NCBI GenBank assembly: GCA_965205025.1
Contig: CBDBFU010000013.1
Span: 224,001 to 288,000 of the forward strand
Source: Candidatus Poribacteria bacterium
Lineage (GTDB): Bacteria > Poribacteria > WGA-4E > WGA-3G
Direction of reading: 5' to 3'
Length of the DNA: 64,000 bases
The notes below the pieces were generated by a model. That model searched no databases and was not told where the DNA came from. It was given only the letters and a program-made list of their open reading frames with translations. Position numbers and translations under genes: made by a program. Shown here one piece after another: positions 41,842 to 52,920 of this stretch (position 1 is its first letter; every line of letters begins with the position of its first letter).

Positions 41842-42813
41842 TTAGGATAGATGTACTGGATTCCCAGTTTCCAAAGATTCATTGGCAGCAATAGATAAAA
41901 TTGCAGTCTTTGCAGCATCAGGATATGGAGATCGGATAGCACTACCATCTCCTGAACGGACAGCCTCAATAAAGGTGCGATCCATATCAATAGTGCAGTT
42001 ATTCTCAGGATTCCATGTTATCTTCTCATCTGCTGTTGATAGGACAAGAGCACGACGTAGATGATACTCAATTGAACCATCTTCACAAAAAATATCTAAA
42101 CCAGAACGACGCAGTCCGTTTGTTGTAAAACACGCAGAGAACATAATGCCGAACACACCACTCTCGAATTGTAAAGAGACAGCAGACGCTTCTTCAATAT
42201 CATAATCGGTATCCGGGATTAGGTCATAACGAGCAACGGCATAAACAGTTTTAACTTCACCGAATAGGTATCGTGCCATATCGAATTCATGTGTGGTCTG
42301 TTCCATGAGTTGTCCACCGGATTTTGCTTTTTCACGCCACCAACCACCGGGCATACCACCCATCCAATATCCCATGAAGAAACCAACACGACGGGATTCG
42401 AGAAGTTCTTGTGCTTTGTCAATAATATCAAGATAACGTTCCTGATAACCCGTTGCTGTTATAAATGCCCTTTATCTTCAATTTCAGCTGCGATTTCCAT
42501 TGCTTCGTCAGCATCCATGTGAACAGGCTTCTCAACGAACATCGGCAGTCCTGCTGCAACAACAGCTTTTTCAGGTGCGCCGTGAGCAAATGGTGGAATT
42601 GAGATATATACCGCATCCAATTCCTCTTTCGCAAGCATATCGTTATAGTCGGCGTATGCATTACCACCATACTTTTCAACAGCACTTTCGGCTTTTTCAA
42701 CCACAATATCACAGAAAGCATACGAATTTACTACCTCCGATGTCGGTTAATTCCCGTAGATGACGGTTCATATTACCACCTGTACCGATGATACCTAATC
42801 TTACGTCTGACAT
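41842..42813 (-). CDS. Gfo/Idh/MocA oxidoreductase (frameshifted into several ORFs)
   Basis: MSDVRLGIIGTGG start at 42813, EKP, GGQLMEQTTHEFD. Confidence 0.8.
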
Positions 42814-42891
42814 AAAATCTCCTATGAAAAATGTTAATTTAGTTAAATAATTACAATCTGAGTTCAATGTAAGAAATGAAGGTTCAATTCC

Positions 42892-43842
42892 TTACCATTC
42901 AAATACCGTTCCGAGCAATCGCATCGGTTCATCCCGAAGCCAACGATAGATCTGAGGAACATCTACAAGCGGCACCTTGTGTTGAATTAATGGAGCAATT
43001 CTGATGGAACCTTGACGTAGAAATCGACACAAATTATCAAGATCATCACGCGGTGAAATGACTACAATGCAGAATACTGATCTCCTTAAATTGTCCTACG
43101 TTAAAGGTATAATTCACATCAAATCGTCCAGCCACTAATAGTAAACGTCCACGGGTTTTACATGCTTGAACCATCGGTGGTGACCATATCGGGTACACCC
43201 GCAAAATCCATGACAGCATCATACACTCCATCTCCAATCTGCTTTTCCCAGCCATCATCGCTTGTGTTAATTACCTGCTCAGCGATACCGAGTTCTCGTG
43301 CCTTTTCCAAGCGTGATTCCTCTATATCACAGACAGAAACACGCGCACCCATCGCATAAGCAATCTGTGCAGCAAACATCCCAATGCATCCCTGTCCAAC
43401 AATTAACACTCTTTCTCCGATACGAGGTTCAACTCTCCTGCAACAGTGCATTGCAACACCTGAAATACCGAAGAGTGCTGCTTCAGAAGGTTCAATATCA
43501 TCCGGTAATTTCAGTAGCAATCCATTTTCATGGATTTTAAACCGTTCGACATGGTCTACACTCGCATATATAAGGTCTCCGACTTGAAGTTGGGTAACAT
43601 CCTGACCCGTTTTCAATCACACGTCCAACGTTCTGATAACCCCCACCACAGGGTAGGTTTTCATCAGATGGAGCATAATTTCCACCAATCAACTGATTCC
43701 GTTCCGTACCGTTAGTGAGTCCGGTAAAAACTGCTTCACATAACACTTCGTTTCCAACAGGAGAATCAGGCTCTTTCCAATCTTCTACAACGATTTTCTC
43801 ACGACGTTTATCAGGCAGGAGGGTAATGACAATTGCTTTCAC
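42892..43842 (-). CDS. MDR/zinc-type alcohol dehydrogenase-like protein (frameshifted)
   Basis: GTE..GYQNVG, IVGQGCIG; C-terminus LGTVFEW* at 42892. Confidence 0.75.
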
Positions 43843-44047
43843 AATAATGATTCCTCAAGGTAAGTTGTTAGATGTATTTCACTATAATAAGTTAACCCTA
43901 TCCCTGCCAATTTGTCAAGGAGTTTGGCACTGCAAGGACACCTAATAATTCAATTGACACGTCCTGAAGCTTGCTATAATATGATTGCTATTAAGCAATG
44001 TCTTACAAAGATAAACATCCATTTGGGGCAATAGAAGGAGCATCACG

Positions 44048-44931
44048 ATGCCCGAACGCGTAAATAAAGCAATTGAATTGTTAGAAAATGATCAACCGGT
44101 CTTCTACACTGGTAGCCACACAACTTCAAACTTAAACTATGATGCAGGCTTAGCGATGGCAGATACATGGGCAGACTATATCAACATCGGTATGGAGCAT
44201 GGAAGTCTTGATCTTGCTGGATTAGACGGTTATATGCGAGGTCTCGCTGATGGTGGACCAACAAAGAGCGGACACAAAACTCCCGCAGTTATCGTTGAAT
44301 TACCTGTTGATGGTATAAGTGCAGATGTTATTCGGTGCAAACGGATGGCAGATGCGACAACTCCTTGCTCGTGGTGTGCATGGTCTTTTGCTATGTCATG
44401 CTGAATCGCCAGAAGCAGTAAAAGCATTTGTAGAAGTCTGCCGATTACCCATTCCAGACAATCGGGGTTGGATCGCAATTAAATGTCGGTAGGCGTGGTT
44501 CTGCTGGACAGGGATCTGCTGCACCTATCTGGGGAGTTTCGGTTGACCAATACCTTGATACCGCAGATCCGTGGCCACTCAATCCTAAGGGAGAACTGCT
44601 CCTCGGTCTAAAGTTTGAAAATAAACGTGCACTGGGGCTAACGTTGAAATGACAGCACGGGTACCGGGGAATTGCTTTTGCTGAATGGGGACCAGGCGAT
44701 ATGAGTATGTCCTTTGGTTATAAGAATGTGCCTAACCCTCGACCCAAGGAATTACAAGACGCAAGGGACCGTGTGTTTGCTGCTTGTCAATCGGCAGGGC
44801 TGAAATTCCTTGAGAGTGCATCACCAGATACAATTGAAGCAAGCATTGATGCTGGTGTAAGAATATGTGGTTCAGGCGAAGAAACTGCACGCATTGGACG
44901 TGCTTATGCTGGTAGGACAATGCCAGTCTAA
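44048..44931 (+). CDS. HpcH/HpaI aldolase-family protein (frameshifted)
   Basis: GMEHG, LARGVHGLLLCH, ADPWPLNPKGELLLGLKFE, WGPGDM across frames. Confidence 0.8.
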
Positions 44932-44949
44932 TCTAACATAGCAGAACTT

Positions 44950-45046
44950 ATTCCATTTCAAATAATCAGAGTCTCTTTAATGTAGCATAAACTTCCAGTT
45001 TGTGCGGTATTTCAAGATATACTTTACAACTTTGCATGGGATAAAC
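44950..45046 (+). repeat. About 115-bp element containing REP family A (GTAGCAYAAACTTCCAGTTTGTGC); copies 51166-51268, and expanded 50622-51108 and 61891-62538 with ATACCATTTCT/AGAAATGGTAT ends
   Basis: Shared TCTCTTTAATGTAGC...TATTTCAAGA...ATGGGATAAA blocks. Confidence 0.8.
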
Positions 45047-45070
45047 GACTATATATACATTGAGGAAAAT

Positions 45071-45807
45071 ATGGCATTAACAGAACAGGAAATGTTGGAA
45101 GAATTACAAAAATATGATACACCATCAATTACGAATGTAGTGGCAACTTACCCAGGAAGTCCACTATGTCTCGGACTATACAACCCTTGGACAGAAAAAT
45201 TGGTATACGGATACCTCTATAAAATGTATGTATCCTGACTTAGGAGCGATGGCGGGTTATGCAGTAACCTGTGTCTACAGTATACCAGACCCAAACTATA
45301 ACGAACTCTCCTTTATGGATGTAATTGATGCCATGGATGCATCCAAGAAACCGACGATCTTTGCTTTTGAACAGAAGTTTCCAGAGGAATTAAAGGATAA
45401 AGTCGGATTGGCTGGTGGTAACATGACCGCTGCTATGAAATCCGTCGGTTGTTTAGGTGCAATTTCTAACGGTCCATCACGGGACATTGATGAAATCCGT
45501 CCTATGGAGTTCCAATATCTGTTGAGCGGTATTACACCCGGACACGGTGCTATGGCTGTTCAGGCTGTTAATGTGCCAGTTTCTATAGTTGGAATGGATG
45601 TTGCCCCCTGGAGAGATTATCCATATGGATGAGAATGGTGCATGTAAATTCCCCGCAGATAAATTGGAAGCCGTTCTGACGAACGTTAAAGCATTGCTGG
45701 ATGAGGAAGGGGACCGCATCGGACAATTGCTATCTGGACCGAAGACAGCAAAACAGGTTCGTGCAATCTTTAGTGGACATACCTACTCCGAAGATGATGA
45801 GGAATAG
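45071..45807 (+). CDS. RraA/HMG aldolase-family protein (two frameshifts)
   Basis: YDTPSITN, GYAVT, GPSRDIDE, PGEIIHMDENG; extra bases in the A run near 45196 and C run near 45605. Confidence 0.8.
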
Positions 45808-45816
45808 CGTATAATT

Positions 45817-45962
45817 TAACATGAGTTTGATAAGACACACTGTAACCTGATCTTTTAGTTAACACCAGAGTGCACAAACTGGAAAGTTTGTGCTACAAAG
45901 ACTATCTTCAGGACAAAATTCTGTTTATCGAACGGACATTTTTTATTATCAAACTGACGTTA
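45817..45962. mobile_element. MITE-like shell TAACRTGAGTTTGATAA...TTATCAAACTGACGTTA carrying REP family A
   Basis: Same TIR family as 14391-14513, unrelated interior. Confidence 0.7.
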
Positions 45963-46012
45963 TAATTTACCCATTATATTAGTAAGATTTAGACTAAATA
46001 TACTTGTAACTC

Positions 46013-46876
46013 TTATAAAGTATCATCAAAATAACGAATCATCCCAGAAAAAGAAGCACCTGGTGCCTTCATTCCTTCTATCATATCTTCGATACGTTGC
46101 CGATTAACTTGACTGATTCGTTCATCTTCAAGTGCCTGTCTATATGTGTCATAGTGTTTGTAAATTTCATATCTACGACTTTTGAGCTCCTTGCGATTTA
46201 GACCGTAAAATTCAATAGATGCCGTAGCAATAGATTCAATTTCAGAACTTTCAGATTGAACGATGATTTCAACTTGTAGATTATCAAGATCACTGGTAAT
46301 TTCAACTTCTCTCAGCACATCATCAGCACGCCATGCAAAGTAGTTAGACGGCTCATCAAAATAAGGATTAAGCAGAAGTGGACGTTCTTGTTGATGTAAG
46401 CAAATGAATGTGTTAACTTGATCTGTATCCAGCGGGTCGGGAGCAATTTGACCTACTTTAGCTGCTATAAATTTATCCGTTGTATTGTGTCGAATTATAG
46501 GAGCGCGCATCCTCCGATTTTGGATTGGGAAATCATCTTTCTTGAACCTCTGATTACAAATTTGACATGAAACGAGATAATTGTCATAGCAATAGGTGAG
46601 CCACCAATAGATGCTTTTAGGACGATAATGTTCAACATCCCCAAAGGCAACCACTGAAGTTAGTGCTTCACAGTAGGCACATTTATTCCCTGTCTCAGCG
46701 AGAAGTTGTTCTTTCGCTGGCTTCCAGCGATAGGATCTGAATTCGTGATTATCCTTTTCACCGCGTTTGATGCGACGTTCATTGAGCAGCAATTCCTTTT
46801 CAAACGCTTCTTTTCTTTTACCATAAAAGTTGTGATGGATGGCATTTTTCGAACGAATCCTTCTTAGGCGTATCAC
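46013..46876 (-). CDS. HNH endonuclease (PtuB/Septu-like)
   Basis: CAYCE, DVEHYRPK, NYLVSCQICN, LLLNPY; overlaps the ATPase stop. Confidence 0.85.
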   Translation of the reverse strand: MIRLRRIRSKNAIHHNFYGKRKEAFEKELLLNERRIKRGEKDNHEFRSYRWKPAKEQLLAETGNKCAYCEALTSVVAFGDVEHYRPKSIYWWLTYCYDNYLVSCQICNQRFKKDDFPIQNRRMRAPIIRHNTTDKFIAAKVGQIAPDPLDTDQVNTFICLHQQERPLLLNPYFDEPSNYFAWRADDVLREVEITSDLDNLQVEIIVQSESSEIESIATASIEFYGLNRKELKSRRYEIYKHYDTYRQALEDERISQVNRQRIEDMIEGMKAPGASFSGMIRYFDDTL

Positions 46877-48135
46877 GATTTTCCTTCCCGCAACTCTTTT
46901 TGGATTTCTTGCAAAAGAATCGTGTGCTCTTCAGAAGGTTGTGTATTGGAGCTGCCGCTAATAGGCAGGTTAGTAATGGAGGTAGTTAATTCCTCCAGTT
47001 CATTGCGTTCTGTAGACGATAAATCTGCTTTGTCCCGGAGGTAACGATATCGATTTTTCATGTCCTCAACCTCTTTTGACTCATCGGTATCTAACCCGAA
47101 TGCTGGTGACATCGCCAATTGGTGTAAAAGGAGCGTTTTTGGGGTGCCAGCAAACGGATAGATGCAAATATTCTCTGCTTCACGCACCAAACAGTGGAGT
47201 TCTCCCTTATCCGCCTGTTGCGCTGTCAAGGGTGAGTGCGTTGTCACAACAAATTGAAAATTTGGCAACCATTCCTTAAGAAACGAGAACAGTTCGCGTT
47301 GACGCTTTGGATGGAGATGCAAATCAACCTCATCAATGAGGAGCAGCCCCCTTGCAGTAAGCGGTTGTTCCTTTAAGTCATCAAAGGTTTCTAAAACCTG
47401 GAATAACAGATCACCCATCCAAGCTGCCATTGCAAGGTATCCATCGCTAAGGTTATTTAACGGCACAATTCCATCTGGCGTTTTAAACAGCAATTGTCCA
47501 CTCTGTTTATCAATACGGTGAAACTTTATCTCTGGCAACAAATTGCTGAGTACCTCACGGACGGTTTCCAATCCTGTTCGGTTTTTAAGATAGTCAAGGT
47601 CCATTGCCCATGAATCAATTGGCGTAGTGGCTGCGTCAGAATCAAACAGGGTAGCGACGCGTTGTGCCCTTTTGTTCGTGAATCCCGATGTCTTTGTTCT
47701 CCGAGAGTTTACTGTATTGAGCCGTCGTGACGCTCCAAAACCGAGAACAAAATAGTCATTGTTTTTGCTGTTTAGTGAATCATCAAGCCACGCAAGACGC
47801 TTTTTGTTCCTTACTATGACATCGGCGCGCGTATCTTTAGATTCAATCCTTAAATTTATCTTTTGTTCTTTTCTTTCTTTGGTGACCAAAACGGCAGAGA
47901 TTTCACAATTTTGTGCTTTATACCGAATCCAGTCTGAGGGTTCCTCCAACAGATCGGCTATCGCGTCACTACCGCCAGTCGCCAGAGCGATGGCTTTCAG
48001 AAGCGTACTCTTACCAGTGCCGTTTTCAGCAAGGAGCAGGGTCCACTTACGAATTTCGCTATTCTCGTCTTCAAATGATAAGGAAATATCGGAAAAACAT
48101 TTGACGTTGTTCAAACGGATTGATTTGAGAAACAT
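46873..48135 (-). CDS. ABC/AAA_21 ATPase (PtuA/Septu-like)
   Basis: ENGTGKST, LSDGY, LLIDEVDLHLHP, TTHSP. Confidence 0.88.
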   Translation of the reverse strand: MFLKSIRLNNVKCFSDISLSFEDENSEIRKWTLLLAENGTGKSTLLKAIALATGGSDAIADLLEEPSDWIRYKAQNCEISAVLVTKERKEQKINLRIESKDTRADVIVRNKKRLAWLDDSLNSKNNDYFVLGFGASRRLNTVNSRRTKTSGFTNKRAQRVATLFDSDAATTPIDSWAMDLDYLKNRTGLETVREVLSNLLPEIKFHRIDKQSGQLLFKTPDGIVPLNNLSDGYLAMAAWMGDLLFQVLETFDDLKEQPLTARGLLLIDEVDLHLHPKRQRELFSFLKEWLPNFQFVVTTHSPLTAQQADKGELHCLVREAENICIYPFAGTPKTLLLHQLAMSPAFGLDTDESKEVEDMKNRYRYLRDKADLSSTERNELEELTTSITNLPISGSSNTQPSEEHTILLQEIQKELREGKS

Positions 48136-48368
48136 CTAAACTCTCCTTAGGATAAAGGTTCCAATCCATAGACTGAGCTACCAGAGAATTAAGCCTTCGT
48201 GGATCCTTTCATGATGTCACCAGCATTGTCAAACAAAGAAGTACCTGGTTCCAATCCTCCTTATGTGTAATTGTGAGGTACACTCTTTAGAATATGATAA
48301 CGTGAAATAGGTCACACAACAAGAGTTGTATGAGATGTAATCTCTATGGACAATTCTTTAACCATCAC

Positions 48369-49157
48369 CTACTCCGGTTTTGGCGTAGTCAAATCACCAC
48401 TCAAGATAGTAGGACACCAGAACTTCTCAATATATTCAATAATCAGATGCGTACCCGCTTCATGGCTAACATAAGGAGGCTTGTAAGGATTATACATAGC
48501 ATCCGTCAGATCACGTGCCAAAACCACATTGAACCCCCATTTTACCATCGGCTTAATGGCAAATGACCGTCCAAGTACACACATATTTGTGTGAACACCC
48601 ATAATGATTATATTTTTTATGCCTTTTTGAGCAAAGAGGTTATACACCTCTTGTCCGTTATCACTAATTGCATCACCATCGTCAATTTCGATAGCCTCAT
48701 GTTGCCTATGCCACGCTTTGTATGATTCTGCTTCCCCAGTATCTGATCCACCATCAGAAGCATCCACAGGTTGCGGTGGATCCTCCATTTCACGTTCTGG
48801 TGGAGGGTCAGCATGTGGAATTTCAAGGATAGAACGACGGGCAGGATGATCTTCATAGAAATCCATCGTATCTGATGGGGCATGGATAATCTGGACACCG
48901 CGTTGTCTCGCACGATTAAGGACAATGTTCATTCTCGGTGCCATGATATTGACGCGTTCGGTTGCACCCCAAGACCAGTGTTCATTCCACATATCAACAA
49001 CAATAATCGCTGTTTCACTTACCTTCCAATCAATCTCTTCTTCAAGAATCCGCCAAGCATTTCTGCCTGTTGTACGCTTTTCCTGCCTACGATGACAAAG
49101 TGTGAGTGTCGCATTGGACGTTGCTGAGAAAATATAACGACCTATATCAAGTATCAT
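48369..49157 (-). CDS. Isochorismatase/cysteine hydrolase family protein
   Basis: TAIIVVDMW, MGVHTNMCV. Confidence 0.85.
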   Translation of the reverse strand: MILDIGRYIFSATSNATLTLCHRRQEKRTTGRNAWRILEEEIDWKVSETAIIVVDMWNEHWSWGATERVNIMAPRMNIVLNRARQRGVQIIHAPSDTMDFYEDHPARRSILEIPHADPPPEREMEDPPQPVDASDGGSDTGEAESYKAWHRQHEAIEIDDGDAISDNGQEVYNLFAQKGIKNIIIMGVHTNMCVLGRSFAIKPMVKWGFNVVLARDLTDAMYNPYKPPYVSHEAGTHLIIEYIEKFWCPTILSGDLTTPKPE

Positions 49158-49195
49158 AATTCAATTACCTCCAATATGTATGGTCAGATATAACC

Positions 49196-49690
49196 CTAAT
49201 TTGTAGAGCGTTGAGAAGTTTCATATTCCACATCTTTACGCAAAATGAATGCATCTTCACCATTACGATAGTATCTTTTGCGGATACCATAAACTTTAAA
49301 ACCAAATTGTTTATAGAGTTGTTTAGCAGCAGTATTATTGGCACCAACTTCCAGGTACACCTCATTACCTGCTTCCTTACGGACGATCTCCAATGCTGAG
49401 GAGAGAAGGTATTTTGCAACTCCCTGTCGTCTATAATCAGCATGCACAGCTATATTCATGATATGTCCTTCACCGCAGAAAATGTAAAAGACAATATATC
49501 CAACGATGTTGTTATCTATACGTGCCACATAACAGTGCGTATGTTTTTTACGACTTCGGAGTTCCCGTTTAAAGAAGGATACATGCCACGGATCAGGAAA
49601 CGCTTCCCTTTCTATTGCCATGACCTTATCAAGGTCTTCCTGTTCCATTTGTTGAAAGATTATATTTGGTGCCGATTGTATACTACTCAT
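49196..49690 (-). CDS. rimI: Ribosomal protein S18 alanine N-acetyltransferase
   Basis: IEREAFPDPW, NIAV..YRRQG, LEV..N..A..LY..FGF...RKRYY..GEDA. Confidence 0.9.
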   Translation of the reverse strand: MSSIQSAPNIIFQQMEQEDLDKVMAIEREAFPDPWHVSFFKRELRSRKKHTHCYVARIDNNIVGYIVFYIFCGEGHIMNIAVHADYRRQGVAKYLLSSALEIVRKEAGNEVYLEVGANNTAAKQLYKQFGFKVYGIRKRYYRNGEDAFILRKDVEYETSQRSTN

Positions 49691-49850
49691 TTCGGCATTT
49701 TACCACGTACGGTTTATGTCGTCAAGATTGCTGAATTAGGAGGATTTGTAACGTTTTTGGCATGAATATCACGGAATCATAGGGTAATTCTTGTGTAAAT
49801 TTACTGTTTTTATCAATTCACAATCGTTATATTTATATTTCCAATATGCT

Positions 49851-49888
49851 GAAAAAAGTTACACTTTTTGTCACATGGTGTGACATTG
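49851..49888. repeat. Left arm of 38-bp inverted repeat (partner 63618-63655)
   Basis: GAAAAAAGTTACACTTTTTGTCACATGGTGTGACATTG, 37/38 identical to the reverse complement of 63618-63655. Confidence 0.92.
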
Positions 49889-51330
49889 GAAAAACCTCTC
49901 TCCCGTCAGTACTACACTGGGTTTAGAGACATTTTTTTAAAGTTACAAGAATTTGCAAAAATGACGGAACTTGTGTCTTTTACTTTTCTTTTGATCCATT
50001 GATTTGGAGGATTCTCTGATCTTACCATTTGCTATATTTTGAACCATCGGACAGGGAAACACCAATTCTATGAAGAGAATTATATCTGTATGGACGATTC
50101 GTAGTAATGAGATACACTGTAGTTATCTGGTTTTTATGATATTCTGTTTTGTTTGAAGTCGGTCTATTTTCAAGTTTTTTGAGTTTTTCAAGTTTTTCAA
50201 GTTTTTTGAGTTGCTTTTTAAGAAATGATTTTTTAATGAGCCGAAAACCCTGTTGGGGATTGGGATAACAAAGGATTTGATTAATCGGTGTAAAATTTTA
50301 AAAATTAGAAAAACTAAAACAATATTCGGTTGAATTCGTATTCATTTTTCTCTGTATCTGCTTATAAGTTGATAATTCTGAATGTTTTCGTTGTAATTCT
50401 AACATGGATTTTCCTATTCTGCAGATAAATGTGTTAGCTTTAGTTTACAATTATTGAACGATATAGTATTGTATCATTTTATTTGTATTTTGACAAATAT
50501 TTTTAATTTATTTTATGTTATTGTGATATGTGTATGTTAGTTGTTAGATGTATTTGTTTTCTTCATTTTAATTTTAGTCTTATGGAATAAGTGTGAAATT
50601 AGAATTTGATAGTTTATACTAATACCATTTCTATAAATGAATCTCCGATTATTAGGTGATATTTTTGTTTTGAAATACTACACAAACTTCATGAAGATTG
50701 ATTTTTAAATTCGGCAATTCCAATTCCTCCACCCCTTGGTAGGTTCGGTTTCATGAGGATTAAGTTTTAAATTCGGCAATTCCCATTTTCCCAAACTTGG
50801 TAAGTTCGGTTTCCTAACCGAACCGTAGTTTGTAATTTCCTAACCCTTGGTAGGTTCGCCCCAGACTCGGTAGATATTGAGTCCCATAGGGACGGAATGT
50901 CTATAGCAAGAGGGGTTGCTTCACCTTCTTGAGTCCCGTAGGGACGGAATGTCTATATTAAAAAAATATACGGACGGGAAACCCCGTCCCTACGATAATT
51001 TTATGAAATGTATTACCGAAATATTTATTTAATCTTCATCCAGTTTGTGCAGAATTTCAAGACATGTATAGCAACTCTTCATGGGATAAAAATTTATAGA
51101 AATGGTATAACTGTTATTCAGAAGCTCAAAAAAACAAAAGTATACTAATCTAACTAAATTGATCCTGATAATTAAAGTCTCTTTAATGTAGCACAAACTT
51201 CCAGTTTGTGCAGTATTTCAAGACTTGCATAACAACTTTTCATGGGATAAAAATTTATAGAAATGGTGTTAGATAGGGAATTGGAACTGTGTTTATGTAC
51301 TAATGGTCATAATTCACATCAGTCAACAAC

Positions 51331-52920
51331 TCACTCACCAAAGATGTCTTTGTGTAGTTCATCGTAAACTGCCATACCAGGTTGAATAAGTTTAGCAAGA
51401 ATATCTATCATAAAACTTTCTTTTTTATTACCCAAAGAAACGGAGTCAATAATTCCGTTGGCAGCATTGTGCATGTCTTGAGCAATAGGTTTCAAATCAT
51501 CGTGAGTTTTTGATTTCGTTACAATCGTGCGTTTGTTGAGTGCTTCAGTTTTCGCAGTCAATAAATCTTGTATTTTATCTTGCTTACCATGTTCTTCACA
51601 CAACTTTGTCAGTACCTCATCATCAAGAAGATAACTTTCAATAGATTTCCGAGACAAAGTTCTAATACCCTTTGCAGTCTCCCTTTCTATTTCATCGTCA
51701 GTTGCCTGATCCCTATCAACAATCCCAATTACATTAACACTCTCTGCGATTTTTCCTATTGCAAGATTTGCTGCTGTTACAGACTTTACTACGTTTTCTC
51801 TTGCTCCTAAGGAAGTAAAATGAATATTGGGATATTGCTTCTTAAATATGTTTTTATAACATTCTTCATCAAAACCTTCACCTTCGCAGAACACAGTCCG
51901 ACCAGTAATAACTAATTCAGCGAGATCCCCGAGAGCAACTTCATAAGTTCGCTCCCAGAAATCTGGATTGGGAGTGACGGGGGTAAGTGTTACCGGCACG
52001 TCAAAATCGTGACCTCCGAAATCTAGAAATACGACTGAATCTTGATCTTCATGCCAGAGATCTTGTGCCTTGCGCACCATGCCTGCAGAATGGGTAGCAA
52101 TCCAAAGTTGAGAATTGTCAGGAATCAGTTTGTAAAGTTGTTCAAGAAGCGGACCCTGAAGTTTTGTGTGTATATGTGCTTCCGGTTCGTCGATGCAAAA
52201 CACGGTATCATTGAACTTTGCCTTGACAATTATAATGTCCAGAAGCAAATCTAAGGCTGCCTTTTCTCCACCAGATAGATTTTCGTATGAAAATCCGTGA
52301 CTTATCCCTTTGTTAAATTGGAAAATCTTATCGATTGATGGAGTACCTAAGTTAGTAAGAAACAGTTGCGGATCTCTAAACAATTCCTTTAATGCGTCTC
52401 GTAATTGTCCGTAAATCTCGCTTTGAAGATCACCAATCGTTTTCGATGATATTTCACTGTTTGAGCTCCGTTTTATCCATAAACTTAACAACTCACTATA
52501 ATTTGCCTCAACAGCTTCATCATTCTCTGACATTCGAGAAATTCTATTTCGAAATGAACTTTGATAGGTCCTTCCGGCCTTACTAATCCTGCTGTCGTTC
52601 CTATAGGCAGTGCGTACATGCACGCATTCCCTCCACTCCTTCGGAGTTTCCGGACTCACTGCATGAAAATGCACATCCGGCTCTTTGAAGTTGACAGTGA
52701 TTTGTCCAGATTCGTCAAATTTAACATAGTAGGAATCAGTGAGACGGTGCTCAGGAACTTCACCCGCAAGACTTTTATATCTGTGCAGAGCATCAAACAC
52801 CGAAGATTTTCCACTCCCATTCGGACCAATCATTACTACGAGACGTGCCGTTTCAGGCAACTCTATCGTTAGGTCTTTGAAACGTCTGAAATTTTTCAAC
52901 TTAATTGATTTTATCTTCAT
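51331..52920 (-). CDS. ABC-type ATPase fused to TOPRIM-like domain (OLD/PARIS-like)
   Basis: GPNGSGKS, LSGGEK, IDEPEAH, ATHS; C-terminal VFCEG..D, GIVDRD, SIESYL; start overlaps the MTase stop. Confidence 0.8.
   Translation of the reverse strand: MKIKSIKLKNFRRFKDLTIELPETARLVVMIGPNGSGKSSVFDALHRYKSLAGEVPEHRLTDSYYVKFDESGQITVNFKEPDVHFHAVSPETPKEWRECVHVRTAYRNDSRISKAGRTYQSSFRNRISRMSENDEAVEANYSELLSLWIKRSSNSEISSKTIGDLQSEIYGQLRDALKELFRDPQLFLTNLGTPSIDKIFQFNKGISHGFSYENLSGGEKAALDLLLDIIIVKAKFNDTVFCIDEPEAHIHTKLQGPLLEQLYKLIPDNSQLWIATHSAGMVRKAQDLWHEDQDSVVFLDFGGHDFDVPVTLTPVTPNPDFWERTYEVALGDLAELVITGRTVFCEGEGFDEECYKNIFKKQYPNIHFTSLGARENVVKSVTAANLAIGKIAESVNVIGIVDRDQATDDEIERETAKGIRTLSRKSIESYLLDDEVLTKLCEEHGKQDKIQDLLTAKTEALNKRTIVTKSKTHDDLKPIAQDMHNAANGIIDSVSLGNKKESFMIDILAKLIQPGMAVYDELHKDIFGE

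Noticed and set aside
46013-48300. Retron (Ec78-like) system
   Set aside because: No reverse transcriptase (no YADD-type ORF) and no convincing msr-msd inverted repeat
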